This document shows positions 48,456 through 58,319 of a stretch of DNA of 64,000 nucleotides, in pieces. The stretch lies in contig OY282382.1 of assembly GCA_958295905.1 (NCBI GenBank), forward strand, positions 6,055,021-6,119,020, read 5' to 3'. The stretch's first letter is position 1. Every line of letters starts with the position of its first letter. The position numbers and the translations under genes were made by a program. The notes beneath the pieces are model-generated. The model saw nothing but the letters and a program-made list of their open reading frames with translations. It was not told where the DNA came from and searched no databases. This DNA comes from an uncultured Vicinamibacterales bacterium (lineage in GTDB: Bacteria > Acidobacteriota > Vicinamibacteria > Vicinamibacterales > UBA8438).

Positions 48456-48625
48456 CAGGACCCTCCCCACGTTCCGCCACCGCCGTGCGCAGGCGGAATC
48501 GTGGCGGGTCCTGCCGGGGCTCCGGACGTGCGGAATCGTGGACCTCACGCGGCGCCGGCCGGTCGGCAAGACGGTGGCGACCCCTCGAATCGGTCGTCAC
48601 GCGCCGTCAGCGCGGGATGCTCCTG
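48456..48625 (-). mobile_element. MITE family 1 copy E
   Basis: Inverted orientation; degenerate TSD accctggtca/accaccgtca. Confidence 0.85.
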
Positions 48626-48794
48626 ACCACCGTCAGCCGGCCGAAAAGCCCTCTCGCGGAGGGATGACGATGAAGCGCATGAGATGCAGTCAGAGCCTGA
48701 CCCCCGTCAACCGGCCGAAACACCCTCTCACGGCGCGCGCCGCCGGCTGCTAGAATAGGGGCTCGCCGTTCCGGCAGCCTGGGGTGCCACTGTG

Positions 48795-49808
48795 ATGATG
48801 AACCGCTCGATGACCGTGTCTCGATTCGTGTTGCGTGGGCTCGCCGCGCTGGCGCTGATCGCCGGCGGCGCGATGGTCGCCTGCGTCCCGCAGGGGGGCG
48901 GCGGCCTGACCGAACGGCTGTCGGTCGCCACCGGCGGCACCGGGGGGGTCTACTACCCGTACGGGGGCGGCGTCGCCAAGGTCATCAGCGACCACCTGGA
49001 CGGGGTGGAAGCGACCGCGGAGGTCACCGCGGGGACCGTCGACAACCTGAAGTTCATCTCGAACCGGGGTGCCGATCTGGCTTTCGTCCTCGCCGACTCG
49101 CTCGACGACGCGGCGCAGGGCCGCGGCGCGTTCGCCGACTTCGGGACGGTGCCGGCGCGGGCCCTCGCGGTGCTCTACGACAACCTGAACCAGTTGGTGA
49201 CCCTGGAGGGCAAGGACATCGAGTCGGTCACCGACCTCCGCGACCGCATCGTGTCCACGGGGGCGCCGGGCAGCGGCACCGAGATTACCGCGCTCCGCGT
49301 GCTCGAGGCGGTCGGCCTGAATCCGGACGCGGACATCCGGAAGCAGAGCCTGGGCGCCGCGCAGTCGGTCGACGCGCTGAAGGACGACAAGATCGACGCG
49401 TTCTTCTGGAGCGGCGGCATCCCGACGGGGTCCGTCCTGGACCTCGCCTCGACCCCCGGCCGGACCGTCAAGCTGGTGCCCAACACCGACACCCTGCCGT
49501 TCCTGCACGAGCGCTACGGCGACGCGGTGTATCACGCGGTCAACATTCCCAGCGTGACCTACCCCGGCATGAGCGGGGATGTGGAGGTCGTCGGGGTGGC
49601 CAACGTGCTGGTGGTGCACGAGGAGATGTCCGCGGATCTCGCCTACCGGATCACCCAGGCGCTCTTCGAGCACCAGGACGAGCTGGCCGCGATCCATCCC
49701 GAAGCCGAGAAGTTGTCGGTGGAGAGCGCGGTGGTCGGGTCGACGGTCCCGTTCCACGAGGGCGCCGTCCGGTACTACCGCGAGCGGGGAGCCTGGCCCG
49801 GATCATAG
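48795..49808 (+). CDS. TAXI-family TRAP solute receptor (lipoprotein)
   Basis: ATGGTGGVYYPYG, GAPGSGTE, VPFHEGAVRYY. Confidence 0.92.
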   Translation: MMNRSMTVSRFVLRGLAALALIAGGAMVACVPQGGGGLTERLSVATGGTGGVYYPYGGGVAKVISDHLDGVEATAEVTAGTVDNLKFISNRGADLAFVLADSLDDAAQGRGAFADFGTVPARALAVLYDNLNQLVTLEGKDIESVTDLRDRIVSTGAPGSGTEITALRVLEAVGLNPDADIRKQSLGAAQSVDALKDDKIDAFFWSGGIPTGSVLDLASTPGRTVKLVPNTDTLPFLHERYGDAVYHAVNIPSVTYPGMSGDVEVVGVANVLVVHEEMSADLAYRITQALFEHQDELAAIHPEAEKLSVESAVVGSTVPFHEGAVRYYRERGAWPGS

Positions 49809-49945
49809 CGGCCGTAGCGGGAAGCCCCGCTGCATTCGTCCGTCCATGCATCCGGCCTGATCGGGGTCGTTCCCCGGCGTTGCGTTGCTCCGCGGTCACG
49901 TACAACGCAGTATGCTCCCGCGTCACGCCTCCTCGCACGGGCACC

Positions 49946-50118
49946 CAGAACCATCCCACGCTCCGCCACCGCCGTGCGCAGGCAGAATCGTCGCAGTCCT
50001 GGCGCTCCGGACGTGCGAAATCGTGGGTCTCACGCGACCGCCGGCCGGTCGGCAAGACGGTGGCGACTCCTCGAATCGGGGGCGGGCCGTCACGCGCAGT
50101 CAACGTGGGATGCCCCTG
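49946..50118 (-). mobile_element. MITE family 1 copy F
   Basis: Inverted orientation; TSD cacgggcacc/cacaggcacc. Confidence 0.88.
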
Positions 50119-50289
50119 CACAGGCACCTTCAGCCCGTCCGCTTGCGGGCGTTGCGCTGCAGTGGGTGGACGTAGAGCTGCTTGGGCCGCCCGTGCGGCT
50201 CGGTATATTGGAAACAGAGTCGATACACCAAGACGCCGTCCACTTGGGACCGCTCGTGCTGACCGGATTGTCGGGCGCGCGGCAGAAGC

Positions 50290-50793
50290 TCATAGAATCA
50301 AGAGACGAACCCCGGGGTCCGCATCCTGAATCCGGTTCATATGGCGGTCGGTCGTGACGACAATCAGATTCCGCTCCTTCGCCTGCGCGCATATCCACAA
50401 GTCGTTCTCGTCCACCTGGAGCTTCTGCCCCGTCGCCCTGTCGACCCAGTCCTCCACCCAGCGGGGCCGCCGACTGCGCAGCGTCTTGGCGAGATACGCG
50501 CCGGCAAGTGTCGCCTTCAGATCGGCGTAAGCGACGGCGGTATGCCCAGTCAGTTCCAGAACCGCATAAGTGCTCGCTTTCGTCAGTGCCTGCTGCAGAC
50601 GCGGGGAAGCCGAGCCAGAGGCGGTTTCCGCCAACCTGACACCGAAACCGAGCTCCGCAAGGGTTATCACGGATATGAAACTGGTCGATTCCGGTTCGAG
50701 ATCCATGACAGCGGCCCGCACGTCACCATGTCGTGAGTGCGAGGAGTCGAGCATCGGCGAGAGGGCGCTGGTGTCGAAAACGTAGCCGGGCAC
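50290..50793 (-). CDS. PIN-domain (VapC-like) RNase
   Basis: YVFDTSAL, ISVITLAE, ENDLWI, VTTD acidic tetrad. Confidence 0.85.
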   Translation of the reverse strand: MPGYVFDTSALSPMLDSSHSRHGDVRAAVMDLEPESTSFISVITLAELGFGVRLAETASGSASPRLQQALTKASTYAVLELTGHTAVAYADLKATLAGAYLAKTLRSRRPRWVEDWVDRATGQKLQVDENDLWICAQAKERNLIVVTTDRHMNRIQDADPGVRLLIL

Positions 50794-50799
50794 GACCGA

Positions 50800-53289
50800 T
50801 CACACTCCGTAAGTCCCGAGAAGCTCCGCCTCGTCGGCTGGCAACGGCCGAAAAACTTCGAGTATCCAGGAACCGTGTGGACGGAGTTGCCCGGACGCCC
50901 GCTCGGCCAGGGTGAGGCCAGGAGCCGGGTTCCGCTCGTCCCAATGCCGCCACGCATGCGCGACCGGGCGAACCGAGTTACGAAAGTAGTCGAGGAGCTG
51001 CTGTTCAAGACGTGCCGGCAAGTCGTACGCGGCGAGAACCGCGGCGTCGACACGTGTCAGGAGTTCTTCCATTCCATCTTCGGAATCAGTCATCTTCAAT
51101 TCCCGAAGGCGCTGCGTGTAGTCCACCACCAACTCCGCGACGTTGGATGGCAGCACCGATGGAATGGGAATGTTCTCCATGGCGGCAATCCGAATACCCT
51201 TCGCGGGCGAATGAGCAGCCAGAAAACCATTTGCGATCGGGCCGTTCAGGATCGCAACGAATGCAAGAAGCTGCGCCTCGGTGAGGTGTCGCTTCGGCCA
51301 CAGACCGAAAAACTGTTGCGAGCAGACGAGTCCGCTCCTGTCGAGCACCGCCGCAATGCGCCAGGACTTCACGCTCAAGCGAGCAGCATTCACCACCAGC
51401 TTGTCACGATCCCACAGCAGATTTATCGCCCTGTACAGAAGTTTTTCCGACCGACAATCAAGATAGATTGGATCATTGATCTTAAACTGTCGTGCTCGCC
51501 GAGCGGTGTGCAGCCCACGTCTGTAGCCGAACCGAGGCTCGTTGCTCCAGGCGTTTCCCTGCGACGACTTCCATTCAATTCCTCGATGGATGGTAAAATA
51601 GCTACTCAGACAAGGATTCGACTTCAGATAACGCCAGAGCTCCGGCAGCGGAGCGATCCAAAGGTCGCCGTTAGGCGGGTCGCCAACGGCGCGTTCGATA
51701 CGACGCGCCGTCGTTGTCCGTCCGGTCTTCAAGAAAGCACTGCGGTCATTGTCGGTCACTTCGGTCGATCGCACCGAGATGACCGGTGGCGCGGGTGGTC
51801 TCGGTGCGCGCGCGAGCAATAGAACCGATTCGATCTTGGATGCGGCGAATGTTCTCTCCGGCAACGCGACCATCTCTACTTCACCGTAGAGCGCTTCGAC
51901 CCGGCACCGTTCCGCGCCGAATTTCTGATGCAAGATGAACGGCCGCGGCATAACGAACGCGAGAGCCCGGGGGTGCGCATCCAGCGCGGCGTTCAAGACC
52001 GCCTTCGGCTTGGAATAGAACTTCTTCGCTATGGAATAGCGCGATCGGTCATTCTCCGAAAAATCTTCGAACGGCGGGTTGCACAGGACGACCTTCGCAT
52101 TCCGCATCCGGGATCGCAAGACGCCGTCCGCAAAGAGATCGGATTCACGAACCCGCCACCCGTTCTGGTTCGGGTAATCGGCCAGAATCAGAGACAGCAC
52201 GGCGACTTCGCGGGCGAAGAGGTCAATTTCGTCGCCGGCGAGGCGATCCACCAGAAACGCGTGGCGTTCCTGATCCCGCCAACCGACGGGAAGCAGATCA
52301 CGCACGTGCCGCAAGGCGGAGATCAGAAACGTTCCGGCTCCGGCGAAGGGTTCGTAAACGTCGAGATCGTCCAGTTCGTGACGATGCAGGTCCAGCCGCG
52401 CGACCGCGTACTCGGCGAGCTGACGGGGCGTGCTGTGCGTTCCGTATCGTCTTCTGGTCGAGGGAGTGACGAGAGTATTTTCGTATACGAAGGCCAAGTC
52501 GTCGGACGAGATGTTGGAAAAGTTGATCCCGCGACGGAGGCACTCCCAGGCCGCGAGGAAAGCCGGAGACATCGTTCGAGGGCCGGTTCCCGGAACCGCG
52601 GGCAAGGAATAGTAGGACTCAATAGCGCGAAGAACGGATGCCAAGTCGGCCGCGTCCCATTCCCGGGCGTACGGGTGGTTGCGGTCCTGCAACACCTTCG
52701 CGGCCAAGAGTCGAAATACGGCGCGGAACAACCGCTCGGTATCGGGGCGGTCACCGCGGGCCGCCTGAGACGCCGCGTCGAGTGTCTCGGTCAGAAGACG
52801 GTGGAGCTTGAGATGGACTTCACCCTCGACGGCGGGCATCAGGCCGACATCGACGAAGTCGAGTTGATACTCCTTTTCTACCGCTCCAATCGCTTTTGCA
52901 CGGTGAATGGCGTCGGGACGCCATCGTTCCCGATGTCGTTCAAACAGTGCCGGCACGCCATCCACCGGCAGGCGTTCACGGACGCAGGGCGGCGCGTCGC
53001 CGCGCATCTGCCACAAGGAGATCTGCTCGTCTTCAACGACGAACAAGAGAGGCGCACCAAGTGATCGGTGCCTCTTGACCCAGTCCAGCGTGGGGGAATG
53101 TCCGACGGAGACCGCGGCAAGAGCGGCCGAACGATACGACGGTGGGGTCCGGGTAAAGGCGGCGAGCGCAACCGTTCTCGTTGGGTTCGCGGGATCGAGA
53201 ACATCGGCGAACGCGTAGTCGCGGAGAATCGCTTCCTCCCGATAACCCGTGTGTCGGACGCCGGCGGCGATGGCGTCAACAGCGTTCAT
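50800..53289 (-). CDS. N-6 DNA methylase (gamma class) with C-terminal TRD-like region
   Basis: YGTHSTP, YEPFAGAGTFL, VLCNPPF, ILNGPIA. Confidence 0.82.
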   Translation of the reverse strand: MNAVDAIAAGVRHTGYREEAILRDYAFADVLDPANPTRTVALAAFTRTPPSYRSAALAAVSVGHSPTLDWVKRHRSLGAPLLFVVEDEQISLWQMRGDAPPCVRERLPVDGVPALFERHRERWRPDAIHRAKAIGAVEKEYQLDFVDVGLMPAVEGEVHLKLHRLLTETLDAASQAARGDRPDTERLFRAVFRLLAAKVLQDRNHPYAREWDAADLASVLRAIESYYSLPAVPGTGPRTMSPAFLAAWECLRRGINFSNISSDDLAFVYENTLVTPSTRRRYGTHSTPRQLAEYAVARLDLHRHELDDLDVYEPFAGAGTFLISALRHVRDLLPVGWRDQERHAFLVDRLAGDEIDLFAREVAVLSLILADYPNQNGWRVRESDLFADGVLRSRMRNAKVVLCNPPFEDFSENDRSRYSIAKKFYSKPKAVLNAALDAHPRALAFVMPRPFILHQKFGAERCRVEALYGEVEMVALPERTFAASKIESVLLLARAPRPPAPPVISVRSTEVTDNDRSAFLKTGRTTTARRIERAVGDPPNGDLWIAPLPELWRYLKSNPCLSSYFTIHRGIEWKSSQGNAWSNEPRFGYRRGLHTARRARQFKINDPIYLDCRSEKLLYRAINLLWDRDKLVVNAARLSVKSWRIAAVLDRSGLVCSQQFFGLWPKRHLTEAQLLAFVAILNGPIANGFLAAHSPAKGIRIAAMENIPIPSVLPSNVAELVVDYTQRLRELKMTDSEDGMEELLTRVDAAVLAAYDLPARLEQQLLDYFRNSVRPVAHAWRHWDERNPAPGLTLAERASGQLRPHGSWILEVFRPLPADEAELLGTYGV

Positions 53290-53786
53290 GAGCCACCGCC
53301 GGTGGATGCTGCGCTGGTTCTGGAGTTCAGAGGAAGCGGTGAAAAGTTAAGCCTTCGCTGCTCAGATTGTGGCCGCTCAGGTTTTCCGTCGGTCAACAGG
53401 GCGTCCCGCAGGCGACCGACCAGTCGTCGCAAGGGACAGACGAGCGCCGGCGTCTCCAAATCGACGCCCTCGGATTCCGGCTGCAACTCGAGGCGCTGGT
53501 TGGCTAGGTCGACGATCAGATTACTGCGCTCGAGGATTGGCCAGGACGTGTCGTTGCATATTCTGAACAGGCTGTCGGCGACGACCGAAAGCGCTCCGAC
53601 GCGGATTGAGAAATCGGTCGTCATGGCCCGCACGAGAGCAACGGCAAGCAGATCCCCCGCGGTAAAGCATGGGCGCCGCCCCGCGCCGTTGCGCAACGGC
53701 GCCAAGGCCTTCTTCCAGTGGCGATAGGTCTCCAGCGGTACTGCTGCTGCGTCGCGAAGCTGAAGGGGTGTATAGCGGATCGCCAC
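53286..53786 (-). CDS. MerR-like HTH protein
   Basis: YTPLQLRDAAAVPLETYRHW..FTAGDLL; ATGA overlap with MTase; AGGTGA RBS before GTG. Confidence 0.65.
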   Translation of the reverse strand: MAIRYTPLQLRDAAAVPLETYRHWKKALAPLRNGAGRRPCFTAGDLLAVALVRAMTTDFSIRVGALSVVADSLFRICNDTSWPILERSNLIVDLANQRLELQPESEGVDLETPALVCPLRRLVGRLRDALLTDGKPERPQSEQRRLNFSPLPLNSRTSAASTGGGS

Positions 53787-53797
53787 CAGTTCACCTG

Positions 53798-53837
53798 TTG
53801 TTGGCAACAAGATAGCATGTCATAAGGAGCAAGGCAA
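53798..53837 (-). promoter_or_regulatory. Sigma70-like promoter with overlapping palindromic operator
   Basis: TTGCCT-N17-TATCTT with TG extension, then TTGTTG-C-CAACAA. Confidence 0.55.
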
Positions 53838-53891
53838 GCTGGAAATTGGAGCCCAATCCCCGGCATCCGGCCCGTGTCCGGTGCGTCGGAC

Positions 53892-54059
53892 CAGGACCAT
53901 CCCACGCTCCGCCGCCGCCGTGCGCAGGCGGAATCGTGGCGGGTCCTGGAGTTCCGGACGTGCGGAATCGTGGGTTCCCGCGGCGCCGGCCGGTCGGCAA
54001 GACGGTGGCGACCCCTCGAATCAGGGGCGAACCGTCACGCGCAGCGTGGGATGCTCCTG
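53892..54059 (-). mobile_element. MITE family 1 copy G
   Basis: Full TIRs; no matching TSD. Confidence 0.87.
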
Positions 54060-54105
54060 AGATTCCGGCAGTACCCCTTTTCACCGGCCGCATTAGCGAG
54101 TACGC

Positions 54106-56121
54106 TTGCCCGGCGCGCGCGATCCCCGCATTCACGGCTGCGCAACCAGACGGCGCGGGAGCGGCGCCAACGTCGACACGAACCGGGAGACACCCCTGTC
54201 CGATCCAGTTGCCCCCCCGGCCGCCCTGCGTGACGACCCCGACGCCGAGGTGCCGACCCGGCCGTTGAGCGGATTCCCGGCGCGCCTGGTGACGGTGCTG
54301 GCGGCGGGCCTGTCGCTCTATGCGCTGTACTGGGTCGTCGGCATCGTCCAGCCGCAGATCTACCGGGTCAGCTTCCTCCTCATCGCCCTGGTCCTGACGT
54401 TCGTGCTCTACCCCGCCGTTCCGGCGTGGCGCGGCCGGGTGGCGGCGCTCGACTGGGCCCTGGCCGCGGTGGCCGTCGTGGTCCTGGCTTGGCCGATCGT
54501 CGACTTCGATCGGTTCGTCTACCGGGCGGCGACCCCCAGCGGACTCGACATCCTGTTCGGCGCGGTCACCACGGTGCTCGTGCTCGAGGCGACCCGGCGC
54601 ACGGTGGGCTGGATTCTGCCCGCCACCGCCGTCGGCTTCCTGCTGTACGGCTACTACGGTCCGCTGTTCGAGTTCGTGGGGCTGGAGATCTTCGCGCACC
54701 GCGGGTACGCGGTCGAGCGCCTGGTCGGGACCCTCTACATGACCCTCGAGGGCATCTTCGGGGTGCCGCTGAACGTCGCCTCCAGCTACATCGTGCTCTT
54801 CACCATCTTCGGCGCGATGCTGCAGCACTCGGGGGCCGGCCAGTTCTTCATCACCTGGACCATGGCCGCGTTCGGCCGCTCGTCGAGCGGGGCGGGGCCG
54901 GGACGCACCGTCACGATGTCCGGCTTCCTGCTCGGCACCGTCTCCGGCAGCGGGGTGGCGACCACCGTCACCCTCGGGGCGGTTGCGTGGCCGATGCTGC
55001 GGCGGGCCGGCTTCTCGCCCGAGATCGGCGGCGGCATCCTGTCGGCGAGCGGCATCGGCGCGATTCTCGCCCCGCCGACCATGGGGGCGGCGGCGTTCCT
55101 GATCGCCGAATTCCTGCAGATCACCTACCTGCAGGTGATCGCGATGGCGATCGTGCCGGCGGTGCTCTACTACCTGTCGATCGTCCTCATGATCGAGGCC
55201 GACGCGCGGCGGCTGGGGACGAAGGCGGTCGCCGTGGACCTGCCGTCGGTGTGGACCCTCACCCGGCAGTCGGGCTACCAGTTCCTGCCGCTCGTCTCGA
55301 TCGTCCTGCTGCTGGTGTCGGGCATGACCCCGTTCCGGGCGGTGTTCCTGGCCACGATGATCGCCATCGGCCTCAGCTGGTTCCGGCGCGAGACGGCGCT
55401 GCGGCCGGCGCGGCTGACCGCCGCCCTCGAGACCGGGGGCCGGGCGGTGCTCGCGGTCGCCGCCACCACCGCGACGGCGGGCATCATCGTCGGGGTGGTG
55501 ACCCTGACCGGACTCGGCCTGAAGATATCGAGCATCATCGTCGATCTGGCCGGGGGCAACCTGTTCTTCACGGTGGTCTACGCGGCGGTGGCGGTGTGGA
55601 TGCTGGGCCTCGCGGTCCCCGTGACCGCCTCGTACATCATCGCCGCGGTCATGATTGCGCCGGCCCTGACCCTGGTCGGGGTGCCGGACGTCGCCGCGCA
55701 CATGTTCATCTTCTACTATGCGGTGCTCTCCGAGGTCAGCCCGCCGACCGCGCTGTCGCCGTTCGCGGCGGCCGCGATAACCGGCGGCAACCCGTTCAAG
55801 ACGATGATGCTGACCTGGAAGTACACCCTGCCCGCCTTCCTGGTCCCGTTCGCGTTCACCCTGAGCCCCGAGGGGTTGGGCGTGCTGCTGCAGGCGCCGC
55901 TCGCCGACATCGCCCGCACCGTCCTCACCGCGGTCGTCGGCATCCTCGCCCTCGCCATGGGCCTCGGGGGGTGGCTGCGGCAGGCGGCGACGACGCCCGA
56001 GCGCACCCTCGCCGTGGCGGGCGGCCTGCTGCTGTTCTACGCCGCCACCACCACCGACCTGATCGGCGCGGTCTGCTTCGCCGCCGCGATCGGCATGCAC
56101 CTCGCGCGGACCCGCGCCTGA
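54106..56121 (+). CDS. TRAP transporter fused permease (4TM/12TM)
   Basis: LEATRRTVG, EGIFGVP, PPTMGAAAFLIAE, MFIFYYAVLSEVSPP; start uncertain. Confidence 0.92.
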   Translation: MPGARDPRIHGCATRRRGSGANVDTNRETPLSDPVAPPAALRDDPDAEVPTRPLSGFPARLVTVLAAGLSLYALYWVVGIVQPQIYRVSFLLIALVLTFVLYPAVPAWRGRVAALDWALAAVAVVVLAWPIVDFDRFVYRAATPSGLDILFGAVTTVLVLEATRRTVGWILPATAVGFLLYGYYGPLFEFVGLEIFAHRGYAVERLVGTLYMTLEGIFGVPLNVASSYIVLFTIFGAMLQHSGAGQFFITWTMAAFGRSSSGAGPGRTVTMSGFLLGTVSGSGVATTVTLGAVAWPMLRRAGFSPEIGGGILSASGIGAILAPPTMGAAAFLIAEFLQITYLQVIAMAIVPAVLYYLSIVLMIEADARRLGTKAVAVDLPSVWTLTRQSGYQFLPLVSIVLLLVSGMTPFRAVFLATMIAIGLSWFRRETALRPARLTAALETGGRAVLAVAATTATAGIIVGVVTLTGLGLKISSIIVDLAGGNLFFTVVYAAVAVWMLGLAVPVTASYIIAAVMIAPALTLVGVPDVAAHMFIFYYAVLSEVSPPTALSPFAAAAITGGNPFKTMMLTWKYTLPAFLVPFAFTLSPEGLGVLLQAPLADIARTVLTAVVGILALAMGLGGWLRQAATTPERTLAVAGGLLLFYAATTTDLIGAVCFAAAIGMHLARTRA

Positions 56122-56134
56122 CCGGCCGCGGGTC

Positions 56135-56428
56135 AGAAGAGCCGAGCCCGGAGAGCGTCGCAAGGTCGCGCTGCGGCCTCCGCTCACCGCCCAACCAACC
56201 CTCCAGGAGTCCGCGCCGTTCTACGGCGCAGACTCCTGGCCGAATCACCGCGCCGACCTCGGTCTCGATCAACCTGCCCCCGCGCGTCGGAAGAGCTGAG
56301 ACAGCGCCAACTCGTCGCCCCAACAGTCGCCGGCGCTGCGATCAATCTGCCCCAGAAGAGCCGAGACATCGCCAACTCGTCGACCCACAGTCGCCGGCGC
56401 TGCGATCACCTGCCCCCGCGCGTCAGAA
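56135..56428 (+). repeat. Mosaic short direct repeats in the intergenic region
   Basis: cagaagagccgag, cgccaactcgtcg, acagtcgccggcgctgcgatca and acctgcccccgcgcgtc each occur twice. Confidence 0.75.
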
Positions 56429-56480
56429 GGTGCCGGAGTTTTATGCCTGGAAACATAATGCCTGCACGCATAATATCAGG

Positions 56481-57869
56481 ATGCGTTTCATCGACCGCGG
56501 CGACGAGATGCGGCGCCTCGACAGCGTGCTGGAGGAGCCGGGCGCCTTCGCCGTCATCTGGGGTCGCCGGCGGGTGGGCAAGACCCGACTGCTCGTCGAG
56601 TGGTCGCAACGCCACGACGGCCTGTACGCGGCGGCCGACCGATCGGCGCCGCCCGTGCAGCGGCGCTACCTGGCGGCGGCGGTGGCCCGCCGGTTCCCCG
56701 GGTTCGCCGACGTCGAGTATCCCGACTGGCGCTCGTTCCTGCTGCGGCTCGCCGCCGAGTCGGGCCGGAGCGCATGGTCCGGTCCCTTCGTCCTGGACGA
56801 GCTGCCGTATCTGATCGCCGCCGACCCGACCCTGACCGGCGTCCTCCAGACCTGGATCGACGGCACCCCCGGGCGGCCCACCGTCGTGGTCAGCGGATCG
56901 AGCCAGCGCATGATGCACGGCGCGGTGCTCGACGCCGCCGCGCCGCTCTACGGACGCGCGCGGGAGGCGTTCGCGGTGCGGCCGCTGAAGCCGGGGCACC
57001 TCGCCGAGTTCCTTCCCGGTGCGGGTGCGCGCGACCTTGCCGCCCTCTACACGCTGTGGGGCGGCATGCCGCGCTACTGGGAGCTCGCCGAACGGTTCGG
57101 TCCCGACGCCGACCGGGCGGTGGACACGCTGGTTCTCGACCCCGCCGGCCCGCTGCACCTGGAACCGGACCGGCTGCTCATGGAGGAAGTGCCGCCGGCG
57201 ACCGCCCTCCGGCCGCTGCTCGACGTCATCGGCGCCGGCGCCCACCGGGTCAGCGAGATCGCCGGCCGCCTCGGCCGCCCCGCCCCCAGTCTGGCGCGCC
57301 CGCTGGCGACGCTCGGCGAGATGGGGCTCGTGCGCCGGGAGACCCCGTTCGGAAGCGACCCCCGATCCGGCCGGCGCAGCCTCTACCGCATCGACGACCC
57401 GTTCCTCCGGCTGTGGTTCCGGGTCGTGGCCCCGCACCGGACCGCGCTGGCGGAGGCGCCGCGCGAGACGCGGCTGGAGTACTGGCGCCGCCACCGGCCG
57501 CAGCTCGAGGCCCTGGCCTGGGAGGAGCTGTGCCGCATGGCCGTGCCGTTCCTGCACCGCACCGACTGCCCCCTCGGGCAGCTCGGCCCGTGGGAGCCGG
57601 CGCAGCGCTACTGGCGCGGCAACGAGCCCGAGCTGGACGTGGTCGCCCGGTCGGTGGACGGCCGGCGGCTGCTCGTCGGCGAGGCCAAGTGGCCGTCACG
57701 ACCAGTCCCTGCCGCCTTTCGGCTTCCCGGGGGGGCGCCGCCGGCGCCCGGGATCGGCGACATGGAGGTGGTCCGCGCGACGTTCGCGCACCGGACGACG
57801 GGCGCAACCGCGCCGGCCGTCGACATCCACATCGTGGACGGCCGCGCCGTCTTCGCCGCGTTGCGGTGA
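56481..57869 (+). CDS. Archaeal-type ATPase (ATPase_2) with wHTH and DUF234/restriction-like C-terminus
   Basis: RFIDR, WGRRRVGKT, VLDELPY, DPFLRLWF, ELDVV..GEAKW. Confidence 0.87.
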   Translation: MRFIDRGDEMRRLDSVLEEPGAFAVIWGRRRVGKTRLLVEWSQRHDGLYAAADRSAPPVQRRYLAAAVARRFPGFADVEYPDWRSFLLRLAAESGRSAWSGPFVLDELPYLIAADPTLTGVLQTWIDGTPGRPTVVVSGSSQRMMHGAVLDAAAPLYGRAREAFAVRPLKPGHLAEFLPGAGARDLAALYTLWGGMPRYWELAERFGPDADRAVDTLVLDPAGPLHLEPDRLLMEEVPPATALRPLLDVIGAGAHRVSEIAGRLGRPAPSLARPLATLGEMGLVRRETPFGSDPRSGRRSLYRIDDPFLRLWFRVVAPHRTALAEAPRETRLEYWRRHRPQLEALAWEELCRMAVPFLHRTDCPLGQLGPWEPAQRYWRGNEPELDVVARSVDGRRLLVGEAKWPSRPVPAAFRLPGGAPPAPGIGDMEVVRATFAHRTTGATAPAVDIHIVDGRAVFAALR

Positions 57870-58319
57870 ATCCGCCCAGGACCACGCTCCCGGCTCCCCC
57901 CCGGCCCGTGAGCGAAAGCCGACGGCCGACTACCCGACCATCCCGGCCACCGGCTCGCAGTCACCCGCCAAGACCATCCGGCGTCGACCAAGCTCCTCAC
58001 CCCCATATACAGTGCCCACAACATCCCGACCCCCCTACATAACGTGGCTCCCGCCCTACGGACTGCTTTACCTCCCGTTCCCCACACCCCGCTCCCTCGC
58101 TTGAGAGCACGACCTTCACGGCCCATCGCACTATAATTGCAGGAGTGGGCTCGCACCGCGCAGCAACCGTCGTCACTCCGCGGCCCAACGTCAAGGAGGC
58201 CCCGTATTTACATCGGATATAACAGGATCCGTTGCCGATTTGGACTTCAGGTCAGTCAGGCACTCACTACGCGGCACGGCATTTCGATGGTGTACGAATC
58301 AAGACGGAGGAGAAACACA

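Noticed and set aside
57870-58130. C-rich skewed tract, possible degenerate MITE or ncRNA
   Set aside because: Only a short caggaccacgctcc resemblance to the MITE end; no supportable structure.
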